From contig CAXXVS010000001.1 of assembly GCA_963674755.2 (NCBI GenBank), positions 608,001 to 672,000 of the forward strand: DNA of 64,000 nt, written 5' to 3'. Made by a program: the position numbers and the translations under genes. Below, in pieces: positions 39,736 to 48,128 of the stretch (position 1 is the first letter of the stretch; each line of letters begins with the position of its first letter). The stretch is from Desulfobacterales bacterium (lineage in GTDB: Bacteria > Desulfobacterota > Desulfobacteria > Desulfobacterales > UBA5852). Under the pieces are notes generated by a model. The model was not told where the DNA came from. It was given only the letters and a program-made list of their open reading frames with translations, and did not search any database.

Positions 39736-40014
39736 ATGGAAACCTTTGATCTGCGCGATACGATCATTCCGTTTTCATTGCTGCAGATTGCCAATTACTT
39801 TCAGCAAATGAAAGCTAACGAGGAAATCGAGATCTACGGCAACGAAGCCGGTATCGCAGAGGATCTCAAAAGCATTCTACCGGCCTCCGCGGTGACCATT
39901 TGCCGGATCGATAGCGCAGCGGACGAGCGCCCCCACTATCGGTGGCGGTTGAAAAAGATAACCCCTTATCATCCTAATCCCAAAGGAGGAGCATCATGTC
40001 TGAAGTCGATCTGA
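39736..40014 (+). CDS. TusA-fold protein lacking the active Cys
   Basis: FDLRDTIIPFSLL aligns with the TusA DxRGxxCPxP motif without Cys; MKANEEIEI..DL. Confidence 0.6.
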   Translation: METFDLRDTIIPFSLLQIANYFQQMKANEEIEIYGNEAGIAEDLKSILPASAVTICRIDSAADERPHYRWRLKKITPYHPNPKGGASCLKSI

Positions 40015-40250
40015 ACACCATTGAAATCGCCAATACAGTGGACGCCCGCGGCAGTGCCTGCCCCGGCCCGCTGCTGGAAGCCAAAAAGGGCATCGGCAAG
40101 GTCAAAGTCGGCGAAGTGCTCGAAATTTACTCCAACGATTCCGGTACCCGCACCGATATCCCGGCCTGGTCCAATAAAGTCGGTCACGAATATCTCGGCG
40201 TACTCGCCGCCGACGGCTATGACAAGCACTTCGTGCGCCGCAAAAAGTAG
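39996..40250 (+). CDS. tusA: TusA-family sulfur carrier
   Basis: VDARGSACPGP, GEVLEI..D..DIPAW..GHE. Confidence 0.92.
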   Translation: MSEVDLNTIEIANTVDARGSACPGPLLEAKKGIGKVKVGEVLEIYSNDSGTRTDIPAWSNKVGHEYLGVLAADGYDKHFVRRKK

Positions 40251-40255
40251 TCGGC

Positions 40256-40390
40256 CGTCAAAATTGTCTTTTGGCCTCAGGGCGGCGTTGGGCGCTCGTT
40301 TCAAGTCCTCGAAATACGGATGTATTCCTCCGGCTTCGAACTCGCGTCCGCCTTGCTTTGAAACCAAAATCCTGATTTTGGGAAGTGTCT
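40256..40390 (+). mobile_element. Degenerate copy of the MITE-like family inside the operon
   Basis: TCTTTTGGCC, GGCGTT, TCCTCGAAATA..TATTCCTCCGG and CCTTGC..AACCAAAA shared with 9378-9572. Confidence 0.7.
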
Positions 40391-40409
40391 TTTTGAAAGA
40401 GGGGAAGCG

Positions 40410-40835
40410 ATGTCGACGGCTCCATCTCAAAATGACGGCAAGATCCTGATCCTGGCCACGGAAAGCTGTGCCTACCCGGGGGCCAACTCCGTGGGCCAGG
40501 CCCATTCCAGCTACCCGGCCAACACCTATATTTTGAGGGTTCGGGCACCGGCCCTGTTCCCCGAGCATTTCTATATGGACTGTTTCCGCAAGGGGATCGG
40601 CGGCATCATTATCATGTCCTGCGGTGAGGAATGCCCCTACGAGGGCGCCTACCACGCCCTGGCCAAGCGTATCGACAAAGTCTACCAGCTGATGAAAGCG
40701 GAAGACATCGACATCCGACGTCTGCGCCTCACCGCGATCTGTACGGTCTGCAACCGGGCCTTTCTCCGCGAAGTCAACGACATGAATACCCTGGTACAGG
40801 AGCTGGGACCGCCCGTCTTCGGGCAGGCGGCCTAG
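40410..40835 (+). CDS. mvhD: MvhD-type 2Fe-2S subunit
   Basis: CAYPGANSVG, LRVR, GIIIMSC..ECPY..G, RLRL. Confidence 0.85.
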   Translation: MSTAPSQNDGKILILATESCAYPGANSVGQAHSSYPANTYILRVRAPALFPEHFYMDCFRKGIGGIIIMSCGEECPYEGAYHALAKRIDKVYQLMKAEDIDIRRLRLTAICTVCNRAFLREVNDMNTLVQELGPPVFGQAA

Positions 40836-40844
40836 GCCGAGGAA

Positions 40845-42161
40845 ATGGAAAATCCCATGACAACCCAAGCGACCCTTGAATTTGACGCCCTGGTGCTGGG
40901 TGGCGGCATTGCCGGACTGCAGGCGGCCCTGGATCTGGCCGATCAGGATTTCACGGTGGCCGTCATCGAAAAAGATGTCTCCATCGGCGGGAAAATGATC
41001 CGGCTCTCCAAGGTCTTTCCCACCCTGGACTGCGCCAGCTGTATTACCACCCCCAAAATGGCGGCGGCTGCCCATCACGAAAAGATCCGCATTTTCACCG
41101 ACAGCGACCTGCAAACGCTGCAGCGCGCAAACGGTGACCTCAGCGCCACCGTCACACGCCGTCCCCGCTACGTGGATCTGGACAAGTGCATCGGCTGCCG
41201 CCAGTGCGAATACGGCTGCCCGGTTTACGTCCCGGACGAAGAACAGGGCGGCTTTACCATGCGCAAGGCCATTCACATCCCGTTTTCCAATGCCATCCCG
41301 CAGATTGCGACCCTGGATGTGGAAAACTGCACCCTGTGCGGCAAGTGCGCCAAGGTCTGCCCCACCGATGCGGTGGACTATTTCCAGCAGCCGGAAACCT
41401 TCACGATCAAGGCCAAAACCGCCGTCATGGCCACCGGTTTCAACCTGACCCCCATCAGCCAGAAAAAGGAATACGGCCAGGGGCAGGTGGCCAACGTGAT
41501 CACCTCCCTGCAGATGGAGCGCCTCCTGGCGCCCCACGGTCCCTACCAGCGGGTCATCCGCCCTTCGGACGGCAAGGAGCCCGAGTCCATCGCCTATGTG
41601 CAGTGCGCCGGCTCCCGGGACAAGAGCCTGGGTATTTCCTACTGCTCGCGGGTGTGCTGCATGTACGCCATTAAGCAAGCCATGCTGATTTCCGGGGCCC
41701 TGCCCCTGGCGGATATCACCATCTACTATATGGACATCCGCGCCTTCGGCAAAGGCTACGAACAATTTTTCCAGAACGCCAAGGCCATGGGCATCGAATT
41801 CGTCAAAGGCAAAATCGCCTCCATTGCCCAGGCCGGCGACCAGAATGTGGCCCTGAAGTACGAAGCCCAGGAAGAAGACGGACGGCTGGCCACGCGGGAG
41901 CACGACCTGGTGGTGCTGTCCCTGGGCATGGTGCCGGAATGGAATCCGGCCGGGGTGTGCGGTCTGCCCACCGACACGGATGCGTTCATCAAATGCCGCA
42001 TGCCCCAGACAGCCCCCACCCGCACGGAGATGGAAGGCGTGTTTGTGGCCGGGGTGGCCGCCGGACCCAAGGACATCGTCGATACGATCACTGAGGCCGG
42101 CGCGGCCGCTATGGAAGCCTCAAATTATTTGAAGTCCATCGGCAAGGACCAGGCCGCCTGA
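40845..42161 (+). CDS. hdrA: HdrA-like flavoprotein, short form
   Basis: GGGIAG, KVFPTLDCASC, inserted 2x4Fe-4S, VQCAGSRD, YCSRVCC, YMDIRAFG, GPKDI. Confidence 0.92.
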   Translation: MENPMTTQATLEFDALVLGGGIAGLQAALDLADQDFTVAVIEKDVSIGGKMIRLSKVFPTLDCASCITTPKMAAAAHHEKIRIFTDSDLQTLQRANGDLSATVTRRPRYVDLDKCIGCRQCEYGCPVYVPDEEQGGFTMRKAIHIPFSNAIPQIATLDVENCTLCGKCAKVCPTDAVDYFQQPETFTIKAKTAVMATGFNLTPISQKKEYGQGQVANVITSLQMERLLAPHGPYQRVIRPSDGKEPESIAYVQCAGSRDKSLGISYCSRVCCMYAIKQAMLISGALPLADITIYYMDIRAFGKGYEQFFQNAKAMGIEFVKGKIASIAQAGDQNVALKYEAQEEDGRLATREHDLVVLSLGMVPEWNPAGVCGLPTDTDAFIKCRMPQTAPTRTEMEGVFVAGVAAGPKDIVDTITEAGAAAMEASNYLKSIGKDQAA

Positions 42162-42215
42162 CGCGACGGCGTTATCGATGAGAAGAAACGCTATCGCGTT
42201 TGGGAATAGATTGGT

Positions 42216-42244
42216 TTCTTCGTGTCCTTCGTGCCCTTCGTGGT
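42216..42244. repeat. Short tandem CTTCGTG repeat
   Basis: TTCTTCGTGTCCTTCGTGCCCTTCGTGGT, three units at 9-bp period, between the hdrA genes. Confidence 0.6.
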
Positions 42245-42296
42245 AAGCGCTTTTGGAATTTACCCGCAAGGCTTTCCGGATAACAGGAGATAAGCG

Positions 42297-44147
42297 ATGC
42301 AGTCCGAAAAACCTGACAATGATTCTTCCGCCAAAAAGGTCGGCGTCTATATCTGCCACTGCGGCGGCAATATTTCCGACCACGTGGATGTGCAACAGCT
42401 GGCCAAGAACGTGGAATCCATCGACGGGGTAACGGTCACCCACACCAATATGTTCATGTGCTCGGACCCCGGCCAGGAACTCATCCAGGAGGACATCAAA
42501 AGCGGCAAGATCGACCGGGTGGTGGTGGCTTCCTGCGCGCCCAGCCTCCACGAACTGACCTTCCGCGGGGCCATCAAACGGGCCCACATGAATCCCTATC
42601 TCTACGAGCATGCCAACATTCGCGAGCAGGTCAGTTGGGTCCATCACGGCGAATCGGCCACGGCCAAGGCCACCCAGCTGGTGGCGGCGGCCATTGCCAA
42701 AGCCAAGGATCTGGAAGCCCTGGAGCCGGTGCGGGTGGACGCCAACCATCACGCCACCGTCATCGGGGCGGGGGTGGCCGGCATGCGCGCCGCGCTGGAC
42801 ATCGCCCGACGGGGCATCCAGGTCACCCTGGTGGAGAAGTCCGCCTACCTTGGCGGCCGGACCGCCCAATTGCATCGCCTGGCGCCCACCGAAGCCACGG
42901 CCGAAGAGGTCATCGCGCCCCTGGCCGAGGCCGTCTGCCAGGAGCCCCGTATCCAAGTGTTGACCGGCACGGAGGTGGCGGGCTACGAGGGCTATGTGGG
43001 CAATTTCAGGCTCACCCTGCGGTCGAACGGAGCGGCGCCCGCCAGTGATGCGGCTCCGGGCACCTATGTCCCCTTTGCCGGCTACCGCCCCCCGGCGTCA
43101 GCAAAGACCGATGACGGGCGGGTGCTCGACACCGGCGTGATCGTTCTGGCCACCGGGTTTCGCCCCTACCAGCCCCAGGAGAACGAATACGGCTATCTGA
43201 CCCAGCCCGAAGTCATGACCCTGCCGGACTTTATCCGCCAGCGCGCCGAAAGTCAGGGCAGCGGGAAATGTCTGCAGATCGGGGGGCGTGACGTTCGACG
43301 CATCGCCTTTATCCACTGCGTCGGCAGCCGCCAGATTCCCGGCATCCACGAAGCGGCCCCCGGCGCCAATCTGAACGAATACTGCTCGCGCACCTGCTGC
43401 AGCGCCATTCTCCGCGCGGCGGTGGACATCCGCAGCCACCATCCGGAAACCCATGTCTTCGACTTTTACCGGGATATCCGCACCTACGGCCGGGGTCAGG
43501 AAGACTACTACGACCGGGCCTCCGCCCAAAACGTCATGTTCTTCCGCTTCGAGCCGGAGGCCCCGCCGGTGATCGAACGCAGCAGCGGCCGTTTTCCCCT
43601 CAAGGTCCGCGTCAAGGACACCCTGACCTTCGGTGAAGAGCTGAGCGCCGAGGTCGATCTGGTGGTGCTGGCGGTGGGCATGGAAGCGCAGCCCATTACC
43701 GATCTGGTGAACATGATGAAGCTGCCCACCGGCATGGACGGTTTTCTGCAGGAGGTTCATCCCAAACTCCGTCCGGTGGAGGTCGCCAACAACGGCATCC
43801 TGCTGGCCGGCACCTGCCAGGCGCCCTTCGACGTGTCCGAGGCCTGTGCCGCCGCTCAGGCCGCCGCGGTCAAGACCGCCTCGCTGTTGGCCAAGGGCTA
43901 TGTGGAACTCGACCCCTACGTGGCGCAAGTCGATACCGCACGCTGCACGGCCAACGGCCTGTGCCAGAAGGTCTGTCCCGTGGAGGGTGCCATCCAGCGT
44001 GAGGCCGATGGCAAAGCCCGGGTCAATCCGGCCCTCTGCACGGGCTGCGGCATCTGTGTGGCCGAATGCCCCGAAGAAGCCATCGATCTCAAAGGCTGGA
44101 CCCTCCAACAATACGAAGACATGGTGGATGCCATCGTGGCGGCATAA
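42297..44147 (+). CDS. hdrA: HdrA-like flavoprotein with N-terminal CHCG domain and C-terminal ferredoxin
   Basis: GVYICHCGGNI, MCSDPG, VASCAP, ANIREQ, GAGVAG, HCVGSR, CSRTCC, HPKLRP, CTGCGICVAECP. Confidence 0.92.
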   Translation: MQSEKPDNDSSAKKVGVYICHCGGNISDHVDVQQLAKNVESIDGVTVTHTNMFMCSDPGQELIQEDIKSGKIDRVVVASCAPSLHELTFRGAIKRAHMNPYLYEHANIREQVSWVHHGESATAKATQLVAAAIAKAKDLEALEPVRVDANHHATVIGAGVAGMRAALDIARRGIQVTLVEKSAYLGGRTAQLHRLAPTEATAEEVIAPLAEAVCQEPRIQVLTGTEVAGYEGYVGNFRLTLRSNGAAPASDAAPGTYVPFAGYRPPASAKTDDGRVLDTGVIVLATGFRPYQPQENEYGYLTQPEVMTLPDFIRQRAESQGSGKCLQIGGRDVRRIAFIHCVGSRQIPGIHEAAPGANLNEYCSRTCCSAILRAAVDIRSHHPETHVFDFYRDIRTYGRGQEDYYDRASAQNVMFFRFEPEAPPVIERSSGRFPLKVRVKDTLTFGEELSAEVDLVVLAVGMEAQPITDLVNMMKLPTGMDGFLQEVHPKLRPVEVANNGILLAGTCQAPFDVSEACAAAQAAAVKTASLLAKGYVELDPYVAQVDTARCTANGLCQKVCPVEGAIQREADGKARVNPALCTGCGICVAECPEEAIDLKGWTLQQYEDMVDAIVAA

Positions 44148-44266
44148 CCCCCTGGCGGGGGTTATTATAAAAAACTTAAGAGCACGGCACCGGAGCGACT
44201 GCAGTTCTCCGGCCCTCCATCCGAGAAGATGGGTGTTGATCGAATCCAGAAAACCGGAGGCGCACC

Positions 44267-44545
44267 ATGAGCCCCAAACCCGACAAAGAAGCCCTGAAGC
44301 AGCTGCGCGGCGAACGCAAAAGATGGATCGACCGGGCCCGCAAGGCCGTCAAGGCCCAAAACGCCGTCACCAAAGCCATTAAAGCCCAGTTGGCCGAGGA
44401 ACCGCGCACCGTGCCCGAGATAGCCCGGACCCTGAAGATGAAGACCGGCGAGGTGCTGTTGTTTATCTCCGCCCTGCGCAAATACGGCGAAGTGGTCGAA
44501 GGCCCCAAGGACGGGGACTATTTCAAATACCAGCTGGCGGACTAG
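44267..44545 (+). CDS. Small winged-helix-like protein
   Basis: PRTVPEIA..LRKYGEV..G..YFKY; GGAGG RBS. Confidence 0.75.
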   Translation: MSPKPDKEALKQLRGERKRWIDRARKAVKAQNAVTKAIKAQLAEEPRTVPEIARTLKMKTGEVLLFISALRKYGEVVEGPKDGDYFKYQLAD

Positions 44546-44578
44546 CCCTAACAGCGTAAAAATCCATGGAGACAAGCC

Positions 44579-45745
44579 ATGAGTGCCGAGGTCAATCCCG
44601 AACTGTTGTTGAATCTTAAAAAATTTGGCGTCGAGGATGCCGCCGCCTGCTTCAACTGCGGCAACTGTACGGCGGTCTGCTCCCTGTCGTCCGAATCCGT
44701 GCCGTTTCCCCGCAAAGTCATCCGCTACCTCCAACTGGGGCTGAAGGACAAACTTTATGAAAGCCCGGAGCCCTGGCTGTGCTACTACTGCGGCGACTGC
44801 TCCGAGACCTGTCCGCGCCAGGCCAACCCGGGGGAAGTCATGATGGGCCTGCGGCGCTACCTGACCGCCCGGTACGACTGGACGGGGATATCGCGGCTTT
44901 TCTACACCTCCAAGGTGTTCGAGGTCTTCGCCATCCTCGTGGTGGCCGCCCTGGTGGGACTGGGCTTCTACTTTTTCCACGGCCCCATGCTGACCGACCG
45001 GGTGGCGCTCAATGTGTTCGCGCCCAACACCGTCATTGAAATCCTGGATCTGATCATGCTGGTGGTGCTTTCCTTCTTCCTGCTCACCAACGCCTACCGC
45101 ATGTTCAAGGCCGTCATGGGAGACCCGGCCCAGTACCCGGCCCTTTCCTTTGCCGAAAAACAGCAGGTCCAGAACCGGCTGGTGCGCGGTGTGCCTGTGT
45201 CGATCTATCTCAGCGAGGCCAAGGAATTTGTCGTGCAATTCTTCACCCAGAAGAAGTTTGCGGCCTGCGGAACGGCCTCCCAGAAGACCCAATGGATCAA
45301 CCATCTCCTGATCATGACCGGCTACTCCATCGTCTTCGCCCTGGTGGTCGTCGGTATCCGCTGGTTCCAGCGGGATGAAATCTATCCCCTCTGGCACCCG
45401 ATCCGCATTCTCGGCTACTATGCCACCTTTGCCATTCTGTACGGCACCACCATCGCTATCCGGGGGCGGCTCAAGAAGAGCAAGACCGTCTACGCCCACA
45501 GCCATTCTTCGGACTGGGCCTTTCTGATCCTGCTGTGGCTGACCACCTTCACCGGCATCCTGATCCATGCGGGCCGACTGCTGGAACTGCCCATGGCCAC
45601 CTATGCCATTTATGTCATCCACATGATGATCGCGGTCCCCATGCTGGTCATCGAGGTCCCCTTTGCCAAATGGACGCACCAGCTCTACCGCCCGCTGATT
45701 CTCTACCTCATGAAGGTCAAGCAGCGCGCTTTGCAGGCCGGCTGA
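44579..45745 (+). CDS. QmoC-like protein: HdrC-type 2x4Fe-4S domain fused to a haem-b membrane domain
   Basis: CFNCGNCTAVC, WLCYYCGDCSETCP; TM helices with His in WINHLLI, YVIHMM and PFAKWTH. Confidence 0.85.
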   Translation: MSAEVNPELLLNLKKFGVEDAAACFNCGNCTAVCSLSSESVPFPRKVIRYLQLGLKDKLYESPEPWLCYYCGDCSETCPRQANPGEVMMGLRRYLTARYDWTGISRLFYTSKVFEVFAILVVAALVGLGFYFFHGPMLTDRVALNVFAPNTVIEILDLIMLVVLSFFLLTNAYRMFKAVMGDPAQYPALSFAEKQQVQNRLVRGVPVSIYLSEAKEFVVQFFTQKKFAACGTASQKTQWINHLLIMTGYSIVFALVVVGIRWFQRDEIYPLWHPIRILGYYATFAILYGTTIAIRGRLKKSKTVYAHSHSSDWAFLILLWLTTFTGILIHAGRLLELPMATYAIYVIHMMIAVPMLVIEVPFAKWTHQLYRPLILYLMKVKQRALQAG

Positions 45746-45870
45746 ACGTCGGCCGCATCATAGCGGGGACTTGATTGACACCATCGATGAAGGCCGTCGC
45801 GGCAAGCGCTGAAGCGCTTTCGGAGACCACTTCAAACGCCCAACACGACATTTTAGGGAAGGAAGGAAAA

Positions 45871-46248
45871 ATGACCGAACAGACTGAAAAAATTCTCTAC
45901 ATCGGCACCAATGCCGGGGACGACCCGGAAAAAGCCGCCATGCCTTTCGTGATGGCCAACGCCGCCCTGGCCATGGATATCGAGGCGACCGTCTGCCTCC
46001 AAGGCAACGGGGTCTACCTGGCCTTGAAAGGCTACACTGAAAAGATGACGCCCCCGGGGGGATTTCCGCCCCTCAAGAAACTGGTCAGCGAATTCATCGA
46101 GCTGGGGGGCAAATTGCTGGTCTGCGTGCCCTGCATCAAGGAGCGCAACATCGACGAGGCCACCGACCTGATCGCAGGCGCCCAGACCACCGCGGCCGGG
46201 GCCCTGAACATCGAGGCCACCGAATGCAAGGCCGTTTTCGTCTACTGA
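45871..46248 (+). CDS. DsrE-family protein
   Basis: PEKAAMPFVMANAA, LQGNGV, LLVCVPC; ATG 45871 behind a purine-rich RBS. Confidence 0.88.
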   Translation: MTEQTEKILYIGTNAGDDPEKAAMPFVMANAALAMDIEATVCLQGNGVYLALKGYTEKMTPPGGFPPLKKLVSEFIELGGKLLVCVPCIKERNIDEATDLIAGAQTTAAGALNIEATECKAVFVY

Positions 46249-46377
46249 AGCCAACCGCCGTCCGCACGGCCAGGCACAAGGCCGCTGCGGCATGCGCCCC
46301 CGCAAACACCGGCCCGGCCGAACGACGCAGGCGCGTCATCGGCGGGGCCGGCGGGCCGGGGGCTGTGAGGAACACTT

Positions 46378-47085
46378 ATGGGAACTGCAACGATCGACAT
46401 CTCTCCCCGGCGCATTTCCGACCTGGTGGACGCCAAACAATCCGGGGCCGACGTGCGCCTGGAAACGGTGTTTGAAATCCTGCCTGTCGATTTCCACCAT
46501 GAACGCAGTCCGTTTCATGCCTATGTCTTTTTAGCGAAGTACAGCGGAACGGTCGACGGCCTCGATTTTGCGTTCCGCAAATGCTACGCGCGGGGCTGTC
46601 CCAACAACCTTTGTACCCATGTCTCGATTGCCGTGCAAATCGCCAACCGCTATCTGCAGCGCGATTATCATGCCCTGGCAGCCGCCGGCATCGGCGTGGC
46701 CGAAACCCTGTTCAGCCTCGATGACATGGTGGTCAAGTTCGAGCGGTTGAAGACCGAAATCCCCCAGGTTCTTACGCTGTTGGACCTGGTGGGTATGGCC
46801 CGGGCCGGGACCACGATTACCATGGGGATCGTACTGGAGGCATTACCGGCCGTGGAGCATTTCGCCCACAAGGAGAACGCGCAAACCTTCCTGAGCGGCG
46901 AATTTACGGCCCGGACCGCGGCCGGGGAGACCTATGTCTGCCATCGCTGTTTTGCCTGCTACGCCACAAGTGCCGAAGAAAGCGAAAAGCCCGTGGCCCT
47001 CAAGGTCGCCAATGCCCGGCTGGACATCCTCTACAAACAATTCGCACAGAGCGGCGTCACCTTTACGCCCCAATTCTTCGCGTAA
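46378..47085 (+). CDS. Cys-rich hypothetical protein
   Basis: FRKCYARGCPNNLCTH and CHRCFAC clusters; GAGG RBS. Confidence 0.75.
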   Translation: MGTATIDISPRRISDLVDAKQSGADVRLETVFEILPVDFHHERSPFHAYVFLAKYSGTVDGLDFAFRKCYARGCPNNLCTHVSIAVQIANRYLQRDYHALAAAGIGVAETLFSLDDMVVKFERLKTEIPQVLTLLDLVGMARAGTTITMGIVLEALPAVEHFAHKENAQTFLSGEFTARTAAGETYVCHRCFACYATSAEESEKPVALKVANARLDILYKQFAQSGVTFTPQFFA

Positions 47086-47164
47086 CAAGCGCAGCACCGT
47101 CGGGCGGCGGCAGGGTCCCTCCGGCGGTGCGGTGCAAGGCCTCTTTATAGTGGAGGAAACCGCG

Positions 47165-47833
47165 ATGACCGAGGGAGTCAAAAAGGGGCGTCTCGCCGGC
47201 CGCGCTTCGCCGCCTGGCAGGGCGGCGGATCGTCATCTGACCGCCATCCTGGATACCCTATTGCTGGGGGCGGTCATCATCGACCCCCAAAGACATCGTA
47301 TCGTCTATGCCAACGCCGAGGCCGCGGCGCTGATCGGCCGGCCGCTGGAGGACATGGTCGGCCATGTCTGCCACAACTTCATTTGCCCTGTCGCCGCAGG
47401 GCAATGCCCCATCACGGATCTTCGCCAGGAAATCGATCATTCCGAACGCTGCGTGCTCAACCGGGCGGGCCAAAAGATCCCCATTCTCAAATCCGTCAAG
47501 AAAATAGCGTTTGCCGGCCGCGGCCACCTCCTGGAAACCTTCATGGACATCAGCGCCGTAAAAGAAAAGGATCGCCTCCAGGGCATGCTCGAAATGGCCG
47601 GCGCCGCCGCCCATCATCTGGGCCAGCCCCTGCAAATTCTTCTCACCGGCGCGCAATACCTCCACAGGCACCCTTCGGTAGAGGCTTCCGGCGAGGTGGC
47701 GGAAGAGATGCTCAAGGCGATCCACCGGCTCAAAGGCGTCATTCACCGTATCCAGAACATCACCCGCTACGAAACCGAAGAATATTTCCGCGGCCGGCGC
47801 ATCGTCGACCTCGACCGGGCCTCCCGTCGTTAG
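47165..47833 (+). CDS. PAS protein with HisKA-type helix pair but no ATPase domain
   Basis: PAS (YANAEA..CHNFICP..CP); LEMAGAAAHHLGQP; ends ITRYETEEYFRGRRIVDLD. Confidence 0.75.
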   Translation: MTEGVKKGRLAGRASPPGRAADRHLTAILDTLLLGAVIIDPQRHRIVYANAEAAALIGRPLEDMVGHVCHNFICPVAAGQCPITDLRQEIDHSERCVLNRAGQKIPILKSVKKIAFAGRGHLLETFMDISAVKEKDRLQGMLEMAGAAAHHLGQPLQILLTGAQYLHRHPSVEASGEVAEEMLKAIHRLKGVIHRIQNITRYETEEYFRGRRIVDLDRASRR

Positions 47834-48128
47834 ACGCCGGTGAAAAGCTCGGCGCCTCACGCCAGGACGGCCTACCAAAGCGCAAGGCAAGCGGACGCCT
47901 TGTGCCGAATACCCCTTTCGTCCTTCTGAAATACGGTTCCCACCGTATGGCATCCTGGGCGTGCCATCGTATGCTGTAATGGTGATAAGGAATCTTGGCC
48001 CGGAGCAACTGTTGCCCCCTGCTGTCGGCTGCCCGAACGGTGCCCCGCCGCAACGGCTACTATTTCGACCGACTGTCAGCCAAGTCTTTCAGCGACAACC
48101 GGTTTCCATATTGTGAAGGAGGTCGACC

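Noticed and set aside
40410..44147. Selenocysteine or frameshift in mvhD/hdrA
   Set aside because: ORFs are uninterrupted with Cys motifs intact; each hdrA has its own RBS and FAD site
39969..45679. Long antisense ORFs (e.g. 39969..41903, 44165..45679; likewise 10040..11509, 26521..27822, 38160..39512, 48480..49697)
   Set aside because: Shadow frames of GC-rich genes with clear motifs on the opposite strand
48020..48045. CRP/FNR-family (HcpR/CooA-like) site upstream of hcp, TGTCGGCTGCCCGAAC
   Set aside because: Only one half-site is convincing
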